Both the position numbers and the translations under genes were made by a program. From positions 4,259 to 68,258 of the forward strand of contig JAHFIW010000002.1 in assembly GCA_023246195.1 (NCBI GenBank): a DNA stretch of 64,000 bases, in the 5' to 3' direction. Positions 10,327 to 19,439 of the stretch are shown piece by piece; positions within the stretch are counted from its first letter, which is position 1; each line of letters opens with the position of its first letter. The stretch comes from a bacterium. Lineage in GTDB: Bacteria; Patescibacteriota; Patescibacteriia; SG8-24. The notes under the pieces were generated by a model that saw only the letters and a list, made by a program, of their open reading frames with translations, was not told the origin of the DNA and searched no databases.

Positions 10327-10929
10327 AAAAATGTGACCTCGGTGGGTCATTGTTTATGGTCCATTGGAGCCATCCTCGATCAGACACAGGCGAATAATCA
10401 GCCCAAAGGAATGTGACAACAGTATACGACACCCGCCCAAAAAGGCAAATTGTAAGCAAAAAATGCTGAAAGACGGCAATTTTTGAGGAAAAAGAAAATC
10501 GGCACTAGAAGTTTTGGCCAATGAAAGAATTCATGCCTCACTAGTGCCGACAAAGGCCCCTGAGATGTACCCGTTAACGGGTGTAATACCGACATTCCTT
10601 AGGCAGAAATGACCGTAATACACCCGAACGTGTAAGCATGGACAGGGGAGAAAGAACAAAGCCTTCTCTACCATTCCCCGGTAGAGCCTCCTACCCCGAA
10701 GGGCAAAATGGAGGATACCGAATGCCTTTTTGAATTTTTGTTTTTGGTATTCAAGGGTGGCACAAGGATTAGTAAAGAAGAAGGAATCAATCCCGACGGG
10801 GGTTGCGTCAGAAGCAGTTCCTTTTCTGCTTGGTTGTCAAAGATCCTTACCCTCGATGAACTCAGTATACCAGTTTTATGTCCAAGGGTCAATCAGGACA
10901 AGTGCATAAAACACCGCTCAACAAAGCGG

Positions 10930-11020
10930 TGTTTTATAGCTGTGGATAGTCGTGAACATTCATTTTGTTCATTTAGCTACGCGTAAAACCACGCTTATCC
11001 ACAGGTTACTTTCTATATCC
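10930..11020. promoter_or_regulatory. Three DnaA-box-like motifs: TGTGGATAG (10931-10939), TTATCCACA (10996-11004, perfect), TATCCACAG (11013-11021). They overlap the stop and terminator of the 11006..12391 gene.
   Basis: Read directly. One box lies inside the coding 3' end (codons C-G-Y), so the cluster may be partly coincidental. Confidence 0.25.
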
Positions 11021-12391
11021 ACAGAAGAAAAGCTCGTTATCCTCAGTCATGTTGAAGGAAACGGCATTTATCCCGGTCTTATCAACAATGAAGCTAAATG
11101 CGGCGTTTTTCTCCTTAATGAGCGTCGTATCGTTGATGGTCAGCTTATTTGCGGAACGTCCGCAGGGGTCGTTGGTTTCCTGGTGGGTAAGTTTTGGGTG
11201 GCGATATTCATTGAACAGGCCAGAATCTGAGCTAATAAGGCTTCCGTTCTCATTGTCTGACCCCACCATGATTTTGCCGCCAGGACCACCGAGTATCAGG
11301 TCGCCCTTAAGGGCGCTGCTGTCGCTCAGAAGCTCGTCGATGCGTAACTCCGTGGCAGTAGAGCCGTCGGGAAGAGTCAGGTCTTGGGATGTGGGATTCC
11401 TGATGGCAAAAGTGCGCATGATGGCTGCTGCGGCAGCCTGCGGCGCGATGTGCGGAAAGTGTAAAAGGAAGGTCGGTGCCGGCTGTGCGGCGGTCGCCTC
11501 GCGCAGCCAGAGTGCAAAGGGCGAGCCGAGGGCTGCGCGGAGCGCGTCGTCGCTTTCGGCAAGCATGTCGTCCGTGACACCTCGCCTGTTCGCCGAGTCG
11601 AACGCGAAGAGTTTTGAAAAATTGAAGTCCGGTGAAATTTCGGTGATTACCGCGTCGGCATTGATGCGCGTCGGATCGAGTTCGGCCGCGACGGAATGAT
11701 CGATGCTGCGTGACATCGGCACCGACAACGGGGTAACGCGGGCAATGAACGAACGGTCGCGCAGCGCGACTCCCACGACTGCCGATTCCGGTGAGATGTC
11801 CGCAAGCAGATCGTCGACAAGAGGTGAACCCGCATCGTGGACGGCTTGTCGCGGATTCGCAAGGATCTGCACGCTGAACAGCTCGCGCATCGCGTTCAGC
11901 GCGGCGTGTCGCTGCCCGTCATCGGCGAGTGAGGCGTGTGCGGCCGCGGCGACTTTCGCGGCGGTGGCAAGTGAAGCGTCGCCAAAAAAATAATGGCGGT
12001 CATCGATCTTCGTGGCTCCGCGCTCCTTGAGGATGCCCAGCTCCGTCGCGTTCGGCTTCTTCAGCGTGCCCCAGGCAAGAATGGTGCCGCGTTGAGGCAC
12101 GTCGTCTCCGGGCGCGATGAAGAGCGCGAACTCGTATGGGTGGATTCCCGAAGGCATTCCGCTGGATGAGGAGAGCAGCGCTTCCGTCGATGAGTAGCCG
12201 TTTGAGTGCACGTAAACGGTGGCGTTCATGGGAACGAAAGTCATGGTGGTATCCCTGCTTCCGAGAAACGCGTCAGTCAGCATGAGCGTCGTCGCCGTAA
12301 GGGCAATGGCGACTACGACGAAGAGGAGGGTGGCGAACGAGTCGCCAGCCCTCCTCCCGTTTCCTAGACGTCTTTTCGTGACGTAATCCAT
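11006..12391 (-). CDS. Hypothetical membrane-anchored (N-terminal TM) extracytoplasmic protein
   Basis: 461 aa with a single N-terminal TM helix ([19 protein letters not shown]). No recognised catalytic motif. Confidence 0.5.
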   Translation of the reverse strand: MDYVTKRRLGNGRRAGDSFATLLFVVVAIALTATTLMLTDAFLGSRDTTMTFVPMNATVYVHSNGYSSTEALLSSSSGMPSGIHPYEFALFIAPGDDVPQRGTILAWGTLKKPNATELGILKERGATKIDDRHYFFGDASLATAAKVAAAAHASLADDGQRHAALNAMRELFSVQILANPRQAVHDAGSPLVDDLLADISPESAVVGVALRDRSFIARVTPLSVPMSRSIDHSVAAELDPTRINADAVITEISPDFNFSKLFAFDSANRRGVTDDMLAESDDALRAALGSPFALWLREATAAQPAPTFLLHFPHIAPQAAAAAIMRTFAIRNPTSQDLTLPDGSTATELRIDELLSDSSALKGDLILGGPGGKIMVGSDNENGSLISSDSGLFNEYRHPKLTHQETNDPCGRSANKLTINDTTLIKEKNAAFSFIVDKTGINAVSFNMTEDNELFFCGYRK

Positions 12392-12420
12392 CGTAGTAGC
12401 ACCTCTTTAATCCCTTATTT

Positions 12421-14631
12421 CTACTGCTGTTCGGGGCGCGTGCTGCCGGTACCGCTTCCCGGGGTGGACTGTACCTGCGGCAATCCGAGCTCCTGCATGG
12501 CGCGCTTGTGCGAGAGGTTCACGCGGCCAAGTTCGTCAATCTCGATGACCTTCACCGGGATGACATCACCGATCTTGACGATGTCGGTCACCTTGGCGAC
12601 GCGCCACGGTGCCAGCTCCGAGATGTGCACCAGGCCGTCCTTGCCCGGCACGAGTTCCACGAAGGCTCCGAAATCCATGATGCGGACGACCTTGCCTTCC
12701 TTGAACAGTTCGCCTGCCGCGACTTCACGGGTGAGGTCCTTGACCCACTGCAGGGCGCGATCGAGGTTGGCCTTGTTGTTGGAGCAGATGGTGATGGTCC
12801 CGTCGTTCTCCACGTCCATCGACACGCCTGTCTCCTCGATGATCTGATTGATGATCTTGCCGCCAGGGCCGATGACGTTGCGGATGTTCTCGGGGTTGAT
12901 TTTGAGCGTCTCGATGCGCGGCGCGTACGGAGAGAGGTCGGGGCGCGGTGCCGCGATGCACTTTTCAATTACGTCGAGAATTTGCAGGCGTGCGGTGCGA
13001 GCCTGGTTAAGGGTCTCTTCGACGATCTTGGGCGTGAGGCCTTTGGTCTTGGTATCGAGCTGGATGGTGGTGATGCCCACGCGGGTACCTCCGACCTTGA
13101 AGTCCATGCCGCCGTCGCCGTCCTCGAGGTCCTGCAAGTCCGTGAGGATCTTGTAGGCGCCGGTGGACTCGTCGGAGGCAAGGCCCATGGCGAGACCGGC
13201 GACCGGGCGCTTGATGGGCACTCCCGCATCCATGAGCGCGAGCGTTGAGCCGCAGATGGCTCCCTGCGAGCTGGATCCGTTGGAGGACAGCACTTCGGAG
13301 ACCACGCGGATGGTGTAGGGGAACTCTTCCTTGCTGGGGAGCACCGGCATGAGCGCTCGCTCAGCCAAGCCGCCGTGACCGATTTCGCGGCGACCGGCGC
13401 CGCCGATGCGGCCGGTTTCGCCGACCGAGTACGGAGGGAAGTTGTAGTGATGCATGTAGCGCTTCTTGCCGACTTCTTCCATGCCGTCCAGGATCTGCGC
13501 ATCACCCGGGGAGCCGAGCGTGGCGATGGAAAGCACTTGCGTGTCACCGCGAGAGAACAGGCCCGTGCCGTGGACGCGAGGGAGAATGGCGACATCGGCA
13601 ACGAGCGTGCGGATCTCGGTCAACGACCGTCCGCCGACGCGCTCGCCGCGTTCCAGGATGGCGCGCGTGACCGCGGCCTCGACGATGTCATCGAATGAGT
13701 GCGAGGCGTGCTTGCGGAGGTCTTCGTCGACGCCGGCAGTTTCGAGATGCGCCTCGAGCTCGCGGCGCAGCGCGTTCAGCGAGTTGCGGCGCTCTGTCTT
13801 GTTGATGTTGGCACCGGCAAAAAGCACTTCGGGGAAGCGCGTGTGCAAGAAGGCCGTTGCCTTGGCGACGACTTCTTCCTTGGCTTCGAGAATGCTGACA
13901 TTGCCTTCGGCCTTAACCATCAGCTCGCGCGCCTCGATCTTCTTTCGACCGACGGACGCGACGGCCTGCTTGATGAGATCCGTGACCTCGCGGAGATGCT
14001 TCTGGCCGAACATGATGGCCTCGTACATGTCTTTCTCGGAGACTTCTTTGGAGTTGGCTTCGATCATGAGAGCCTTCTCCGTGGTGCCGGCGACGATCAC
14101 GTCGACGTCACTTTTTGCGCGCGCTTCGAACGTGGGGTTGATGACCCACTCGCCGGCAACGCGTCCGATGCGAATGCCTCCGATGGGACCTTCCCAGGGG
14201 ATGTCGCTCATCGCCAACGCGGCGGATGCGCCCACGAGCGCCGGAATGTCCGTGTCGTTTTCCAGATCCGCAGAAAGACACTCGATGACCACCTGCACGT
14301 CATGGCGCACGCCATACGGGAAGAGCGGACGAATGCTGCGGTCGATGATGCGACCGGTCATGACCGCTTCGTCGGTTGGGCGGCCTTCGCGCTTGATGAA
14401 GCGCGAGCTCTTGATCTTGCCTGCCGCGTAGAGTTTCTCTTCGTATTCCACGGAGAGCGGGAAGAAATCCACGTTCTCGCGCGCCTTGGAAGCGAGCGTC
14501 GCTGTCGCCAAAATCACGGTGTCGCCATAGCGGACCGTGCACGAGGCGTTGGCCTGAAGGGCCATGCGTCCCGTTTCGATGGTGAGGGTCTTGCCGCCCC
14601 ACTCGGCCTGGAAGCTTTTGACTTCCGTCAT
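12421..14631 (-). CDS. pnp: Polyribonucleotide nucleotidyltransferase (PNPase)
   Basis: Two RNase PH domains, KH and S1 domains at the C-terminus. Canonical rpsO-pnp neighbourhood. Confidence 0.95.
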   Translation of the reverse strand: MTEVKSFQAEWGGKTLTIETGRMALQANASCTVRYGDTVILATATLASKARENVDFFPLSVEYEEKLYAAGKIKSSRFIKREGRPTDEAVMTGRIIDRSIRPLFPYGVRHDVQVVIECLSADLENDTDIPALVGASAALAMSDIPWEGPIGGIRIGRVAGEWVINPTFEARAKSDVDVIVAGTTEKALMIEANSKEVSEKDMYEAIMFGQKHLREVTDLIKQAVASVGRKKIEARELMVKAEGNVSILEAKEEVVAKATAFLHTRFPEVLFAGANINKTERRNSLNALRRELEAHLETAGVDEDLRKHASHSFDDIVEAAVTRAILERGERVGGRSLTEIRTLVADVAILPRVHGTGLFSRGDTQVLSIATLGSPGDAQILDGMEEVGKKRYMHHYNFPPYSVGETGRIGGAGRREIGHGGLAERALMPVLPSKEEFPYTIRVVSEVLSSNGSSSQGAICGSTLALMDAGVPIKRPVAGLAMGLASDESTGAYKILTDLQDLEDGDGGMDFKVGGTRVGITTIQLDTKTKGLTPKIVEETLNQARTARLQILDVIEKCIAAPRPDLSPYAPRIETLKINPENIRNVIGPGGKIINQIIEETGVSMDVENDGTITICSNNKANLDRALQWVKDLTREVAAGELFKEGKVVRIMDFGAFVELVPGKDGLVHISELAPWRVAKVTDIVKIGDVIPVKVIEIDELGRVNLSHKRAMQELGLPQVQSTPGSGTGSTRPEQQ

Positions 14632-14854
14632 ACGTTTTGCACCGACATCTCGCGTCATCCGAAAGCTTTAGACCATAGCAGGTCCGCTGCCGGTCTACGT
14701 GTCTTCGGGCGATGCTTCGCGTCGGCGCGGTTAAAGTACGTTTTCTCAAATCGCTTATCGGCATGTGGCCGAAAACCGCTTCGCAAGACGACGTCCGTCT
14801 TCCGTGGCGATTTCCGGCCGCGTGATCGGAAAGGCGCAATCGCGCCGAGAGAAT

Positions 14855-15580
14855 CTAGTCGAGCTTGAGGTCGTCGGCCGGCGGCGGGAGTTCGTTTGCT
14901 GCGGATGCCGGCGTTCGTCGCGGCGACTGCGAGTTCTTGCGCGGCGGACGCGGCGTCGAGGGACGCAGTGCCGATCGTGTCGTCGTCGGTCGCGGCGTCG
15001 TGGTCACCGTTCGTCCGCCAGTCGTGCGCGGCGCGGCGGACGGTCGATCTCCGCGGGCCGTGTTCTTTGAGGCGCCGTCCTGCGGAGGCCTGATCAGGTA
15101 TCGCTCCAAGTCTTTGGAAAGGTCGGTGAAGTCGTCCACGGCATCCTTGAGCTTGGAGGAGGTGGTGTTGCCGAAGGCGATGACTTCCACCTGGCGTCCA
15201 TGGTGCTTAAGGTACTCTACCAGCTCCACGAAGTCCCCGTCGCCGGTGACCAGGATGACCACGTCGAGAATTTCACCGATGCGGATGGCATCAACGGCAA
15301 TGCCTACGTCCCAGTCCGCCTTCTTGGCGCCGGAGTCGAAGATCTGTAACGGGCGCTTTTTTGTTTCAAGTCCGCGCTGAAACAGCGCATCGAAGAAAGG
15401 CGTTTCTTCGCCCGTCGCCTCTACGACGTAGGCGATGGCGCGGATGAGCTGGCGTCCGGCGACCGCCGTTTCCAAAATGGCACCAAAGTCGACTTTCGAG
15501 TTGAAAAGGTTCTTTGCCGAGTAATACATGTTCTGCACGTCGATAAAAACGCCGACACGCTGCGCCTTGTGTTTGATCAT
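14855..15580 (-). CDS. NYN-domain (LabA/DUF88-like) putative RNase with Pro/Thr/Arg-rich disordered tail
   Basis: The N-terminal ~150 aa match the NYN/PIN-like fold (VFIDVQN, ILVTGDGDF). The C-terminus is low-complexity. Inserted between rpsO and pnp. Confidence 0.7.
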   Translation of the reverse strand: MIKHKAQRVGVFIDVQNMYYSAKNLFNSKVDFGAILETAVAGRQLIRAIAYVVEATGEETPFFDALFQRGLETKKRPLQIFDSGAKKADWDVGIAVDAIRIGEILDVVILVTGDGDFVELVEYLKHHGRQVEVIAFGNTTSSKLKDAVDDFTDLSKDLERYLIRPPQDGASKNTARGDRPSAAPRTTGGRTVTTTPRPTTTRSALRPSTPRPPRKNSQSPRRTPASAANELPPPADDLKLD

Positions 15581-15658
15581 AAAATGGCCGATTTATGGGT
15601 CTGATGACCCGGTGAAACGTGAGAACGCCGGCACGAGGCCGGCGTTCATCGGATATCG

Positions 15659-15925
15659 TTATGCGGAAATTTTGAGAGCCTCCGACAATTCGACGTATCC
15701 CTTGGCGTCTTCGCGCTTCAGGTACTTGAGAAGACGGCGGCGCTCGCTGACCTTGCGCATAAGGCCCTTCCTGGAGGAAAAGTCCTTCTTGTGCGCGAGG
15801 AGGTGGCCGGTAAGATCCTTGATCTCAGCCGTAAGGATGGCGATTTGAACCTGAGGGGAGCCAGTGTCCTTGTCGTGAGTCTTGAATTTCTCAATGATCT
15901 TCTCTTTTTGGCGCTTGTCCAACAT
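15659..15925 (-). CDS. rpsO: 30S ribosomal protein S15
   Basis: 88 aa. Motifs GSPQVQIAILTAEIKDLTGHL..HKKDFSSRKGLMRKVSERRRLLKYL are canonical for S15. Confidence 0.95.
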   Translation of the reverse strand: MLDKRQKEKIIEKFKTHDKDTGSPQVQIAILTAEIKDLTGHLLAHKKDFSSRKGLMRKVSERRRLLKYLKREDAKGYVELSEALKISA

Positions 15926-16221
15926 ATTATGTGGTGCCTCCGGCAGCAGCCGTGGCTATTCGCGAACGACCCAGGATTAACCAAGTCGTCGTATGAGTTA
16001 CCTGCCGATGGTAACAGCATACTTAGGCTTTGTAAAGGGGTGTTTTGAGGGTAAAGAAGCGAACGTCAGCATTGACAATTTGCTCAAATGTGCCATATTG
16101 AGCCCGTTCTTCATTATGAAGACGAACGTGCAAGGCGTAATCCTTGTCCTTTCTACTCGGGAAACTCAAGCGCTGGCTATAAGGCTGTCACGTGAGCATA
16201 TCGAGGAATGAAGGCTTCATC

Positions 16222-16740
16222 ATGTCGCACCTTACTTCCGATCAGATTGCAGAGCTCATTGCCATCGACAACCGATGTCCCGGTATCCGCAAGGAAGTCC
16301 AGGAGCTGATTTGTCAGCTGACCTCTGGCAGCAAGGTCAAGAATCTTGCGCAGATGGTTGCCCTCGGCAATTACGACTACGTCAACGAGGACATCGTCGA
16401 GAGGAACTTCCCGACGGACCCCGTTCGCTTTACGACAGGGGGGACGAAGGTCTTTCTCCTCAGCCACGAGATGACCACGGCGCGACTCAAAGAGACGATG
16501 GTCGGAAACGGCTGCGAGCCCGGCTTGATCGAGAGTCTCCTCGCCTATGGTGCGGAACATCCTGAGGAGCAGAGGGATCACCCCATCGTCGCACTGGGTT
16601 CCTCCTGGGTGAGCTCCAACGGCCATCGCTACGTCCCGTACTTGTACGGAGGCCGCAGTCAGCGCGGACTGCACCTAGACCGTGGCGGCTCAGAGCGCCG
16701 TTGGGGTACGGATTGCCGGTTCCTCGCCCGTTGCAAGTAA
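16222..16740 (+). CDS. Uncharacterised conserved protein, paralog 1 of a two-member family in this window
   Basis: 172 aa, ATG at 16222 preceded by GAGGAATGAAGG. ~50% identical over the C-terminal ~130 aa to the 51952..52524 product: LAQMVA.G.YD..N.DI.E.NF ... MTTA ... ELLAYGAE.PEEQR..PIVALGSSWV ... RFLAR.K. Gly/Arg-rich tail. Confidence 0.6.
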   Translation: MSHLTSDQIAELIAIDNRCPGIRKEVQELICQLTSGSKVKNLAQMVALGNYDYVNEDIVERNFPTDPVRFTTGGTKVFLLSHEMTTARLKETMVGNGCEPGLIESLLAYGAEHPEEQRDHPIVALGSSWVSSNGHRYVPYLYGGRSQRGLHLDRGGSERRWGTDCRFLARCK

Positions 16741-16784
16741 CCCTCGGACGTTTGGGTTCTTAGTTCTGGCCCTCGGCCCCGTTT

Positions 16785-16820
16785 CCGTCCGCTACTTTGG
16801 TAGTGGACGGAATTTTTTAT
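16785..16820 (+). terminator. Intrinsic terminator of paralog 1
   Basis: Hairpin CCGTCCGCTAC-TTTG-GTAGTGGACGG followed by AATTTTTTAT. Confidence 0.6.
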
Positions 16821-16890
16821 TTGAGACGAAACAGCTTGTGGCTACGGTTGCAGGCGGTCAAAGCTGGGTTCAAACGATTTCCTGAATGAC
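16821..16890 (+). other. Conserved non-coding element, copy 1, immediately 3' of the terminator
   Basis: ~85% identical to 52621..52693: TTGAGACGAAACAGCTTGTGGCTACGGTTGCAGGCGGTCAAAGCTGGGTT...GAATGACG. A 1-nt indel relative to copy 2 argues against coding. Confidence 0.45.
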
Positions 16891-16949
16891 GTACGATGCC
16901 TCGCGTTCCGCTTCCGCAGGTGCGTCGCATAACGTATACTACTAACCGT

Positions 16950-17897
16950 ATGGCCAAATCATCCGAGCTCATCACCGATTATCTCAGTTATCTCGAGGTC
17001 GAGCGCAACCGTTCCGAACGGACGGTCAAGAATTATGATTTTTATCTGCGCCGCTTCTTTGCCTGGGCCAAAGACGCCCAACCTGAAGCAATCACCCTCG
17101 ACATGGTCCGTGCCTATCGCATCTGGCTCAACCGCTACAAGAATGATCAGGGCCAAGGAATGAAGAAGAATACCCAAAATTATCACCTCATCGCCCTTCG
17201 TTCTTTTCTCAAGTACCTGGCAAAACGCGACATTAAGACGCTGGCTCCCGAAAAAATCGAGTTGGCACGCATGCCCGAGCGCTCCGTGGAGTTTTTGGAC
17301 GCTCCGGAGCTGGAACGCTTGCTGGCGGCACCTCTTGATGGGGCAAAGGCGGTCGACAATAACGTCTCCATTTTGCAGCTTCGCGACAAGGCCATCCTCG
17401 AGATGCTCTTTTCAACCGGTTTGCGCGTGTCGGAATTGGCCGGCCTCAACCGAAAAATCATCAATTTGCAGCGCGAGGAGTTCACCGTTCGCGGAAAAGG
17501 GGACAAGCCGCGCGTGGTGTTCATGTCTCAGCAGGCCAGATATTGGCTTAAGCAGTACCTTGACCGCAGACGAGACGTGGAACCGGCGATCTTCGTCAGC
17601 CACGACCGAGCGGCTAACGGACGCGACACTGTCGGCGGGCTCACCCCGCGCAGCATTCAGCGCACGGTCGAGCACTATGCTACGGCCGCTGGCATCACCA
17701 AACGCATCACTCCCCACACTGTCCGCCATACCTTCGCTACCGATTTATTGCGCAATGGAGCCGATATTCGCAGCGTTCAGACTCTTTTGGGGCACGCCTC
17801 CATCACTACCACCCAAATCTACACGCATATCACTGACGAACGTTTGAGGGAGGTATATAACAGCTTCCATGGCAAGCGGCGGAAAAAAGACGGATAG
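16950..17897 (+). CDS. xerC: Tyrosine recombinase, XerC/XerD family
   Basis: N-terminal SAM-like core-binding domain (ITDYLSYLEVERNRSERTVKNY). C-terminal catalytic R..H.R..Y (RHTFATDLL...LGHASITTTQIYTHI). An alternative upstream start lies at 16896. Confidence 0.85.
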   Translation: MAKSSELITDYLSYLEVERNRSERTVKNYDFYLRRFFAWAKDAQPEAITLDMVRAYRIWLNRYKNDQGQGMKKNTQNYHLIALRSFLKYLAKRDIKTLAPEKIELARMPERSVEFLDAPELERLLAAPLDGAKAVDNNVSILQLRDKAILEMLFSTGLRVSELAGLNRKIINLQREEFTVRGKGDKPRVVFMSQQARYWLKQYLDRRRDVEPAIFVSHDRAANGRDTVGGLTPRSIQRTVEHYATAAGITKRITPHTVRHTFATDLLRNGADIRSVQTLLGHASITTTQIYTHITDERLREVYNSFHGKRRKKDG

Positions 17898-17981
17898 GAC
17901 CCTTCAGCGTTGACGGCGGCGCAAAGTACTGATACCTTGCGCTGGTGTAGTGTCACTGACGGGATGGCCGGGAACGATCAT

Positions 17982-18056
17982 GTCCCCGTAGCTCAACGGA
18001 TAGAGCGCGCGGTTTCTACCCGCACGATGTTGGTTCGATTCCAGCCGGGGACACCA
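17982..18056 (+). tRNA. tRNA-Arg (anticodon TCT), CCA encoded
   Basis: Hand-folded cloverleaf: acceptor GTCCCCG/CGGGGAC, D-arm GCTC..GAGC, anticodon loop TTTCTAC, T-loop TTCGATT. Confidence 0.8.
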
Positions 18057-18069
18057 CAAAATACGACAT

Positions 18070-18145
18070 GGTGGCTATGGTGCAATGGTTAGCACAGAGG
18101 GTTGTGGTCCCTCTGATGAGAGTTCGATCCTCTCTAGCCACCCCA
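18070..18145 (+). tRNA. tRNA-His (anticodon GTG) with encoded G-1 and CCA
   Basis: Acceptor GTGGCTA/TAGCCAC with extra 5' G pairing discriminator C. Anticodon loop TTGTGGT. T-arm GAGAG-TTCGATC-CTCTC. Confidence 0.85.
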
Positions 18146-18367
18146 CAAAAATGCGACCCCAAAAGAGTCGCGTTTTTGTTTGTCGATTTCCGGCTTAATG
18201 GCATTCTTCACGTGGCGGACGCCGATTGCTCGTTCAAGCTTGTTCCGAGAGGCATCGAGGTTACAGCGTCAGAAGGGGAGACCATTCTCGTGCCTGGACA
18301 TAGAACTATGAAAGTCTAACGTTTGTCTAAGGCCCCATCGCTTTCAGCTCGGTACCGTCTTGGTCGT

Positions 18368-18400
18368 CGCATAAAAAAAGAAAGACCGCTGGTAACAACC
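18368..18400 (-). terminator. Intrinsic terminator downstream of the secreted HEXXH protein gene
   Basis: Minus-strand hairpin AAAGACCGCTGGTTGTTACCAGCGGTCTTT + TCTTTTTTTAT. Confidence 0.5.
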
Positions 18401-18427
18401 AGCGGTCTTTGTAAGCCGTCCGTATGT

Positions 18428-19246
18428 TCAGGGAATGAGCGCTGCCCGGCGGAAAGCCGGGGTTGCGTCCTGTCCGAGTACGGACGTGACCAGTCCGGCG
18501 AATTCGGATGAGGTCAGGGGTCGGCCGGCCGAATCGGCAGCAGCCGCGGTCTGCTTCAGGGTCAGGGACACTTTTTCGGTGTCCATGCCCAGCTTGCAGA
18601 GATCGTACATCAGCCGGTCGGGACCGGGAGAGTCGTGGAAGAAACCGCAGGTCTCATTCTTCACGATGCCAGACGTTCCGGCAATGATGAAGGACGTGAT
18701 CTTGCAAAACGGCTCTTGGATGTTGTAGTCCGAGATACGGCCGTGGAACCAGACATGCAGCGCCTCGTGCGCGGGCAGGAGCTGATCGGCCGGCAGGACT
18801 GCGTTTTCCGGCGTGAAGGCCAGCGCCCGGTTCTTCTTCTCGGCATCGAAGAGGCAAATCTGCGGCTGGTTGCCGTTGTCGGTGTAGTCGCCGGTCAGGC
18901 CCTGAGCATATGAGCCGCAGACCTGATCGCCCGAAAGGTGGAACGTCACCGGCTTCGGAGACAGCTGCATGTCGGTGCCGGTGAATGCCTTGAGCGCATC
19001 CATGGCGTTGAGGATGCCGGTGGTCTTTGCCGTCAGAAGTTCATTGGAACATCCGGAGCAGGCCACCAGGCTGTCTTGCAGGCCGTAGATCGCCGGAGGA
19101 GGCTTGCCGGCATCGGGAGAGGTGTTGCCGGTGGCCTTCGCGGGGCCACTCGTCGTCGATTCGGTAGAGCTCACCGGAACGAAGCAGTTGGTGAGCATCA
19201 GGCTCACCGCGATCAGGACGGTCATCATCAGGCTTCGGCTGTTCAT
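18428..19246 (-). CDS. Secreted hypothetical protein with HEXXH zinc-metallopeptidase-like motif
   Basis: N-terminal signal peptide (MMTVLIAVSLMLTNC). HEALH at ~aa 150, several Cys. No further family assignment possible. Confidence 0.45.
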   Translation of the reverse strand: MNSRSLMMTVLIAVSLMLTNCFVPVSSTESTTSGPAKATGNTSPDAGKPPPAIYGLQDSLVACSGCSNELLTAKTTGILNAMDALKAFTGTDMQLSPKPVTFHLSGDQVCGSYAQGLTGDYTDNGNQPQICLFDAEKKNRALAFTPENAVLPADQLLPAHEALHVWFHGRISDYNIQEPFCKITSFIIAGTSGIVKNETCGFFHDSPGPDRLMYDLCKLGMDTEKVSLTLKQTAAAADSAGRPLTSSEFAGLVTSVLGQDATPAFRRAALIP

Positions 19247-19396
19247 TGGTATATTCCTTGGTTTGAAAGAGCGTTTTTTGGCTTATTGCCGGTGTCTAGA
19301 AGCGAGGATTACTCACCTCAATGACAAGTAAATCTAGCATAAAAACCCCTTTTTGTCAATGGTGGCGGGTTAACGGCTAGCCGGGGCAAGAAACTA

Positions 19397-19428
19397 AAAA
19401 TCCCCGCGCCGATGCGGGGATTTTATCT
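19397..19428 (-). terminator. Intrinsic terminator after the lipoprotein gene
   Basis: AAAAATCCCCGCGCCGATGCGGGGATTTTAT palindrome with flanking T-runs. Confidence 0.5.
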
Positions 19429-19439
19429 GTGCAAGGTGC

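Noticed and set aside
10350-11000. Possible tmRNA, RNase P RNA or SRP RNA in the long intergenic region
   Set aside because: None of the conserved cores could be found by eye: the tmRNA tRNA-like ends and tag ORF, the RNase P P4 'AAGUCCGG', or the SRP 'GGAAGCAGCC'. Only generic hairpins were seen.
13699-14868. 389-aa plus-strand ORF and several others across 12.4-14.8 kb
   Set aside because: They are antisense to pnp.
16821-16840. Hammerhead-ribozyme-like core GAGACGAAAC / GATGAGACGAAACAG in the conserved element
   Set aside because: The canonical CUGAUGAG-(stem II)-CGAAAC arrangement needs a stem between GAG and CGAAAC, and only 1 nt is present. No clear GUC cleavage-site stem was found. 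It is kept only as a note inside the ncRNA finding.
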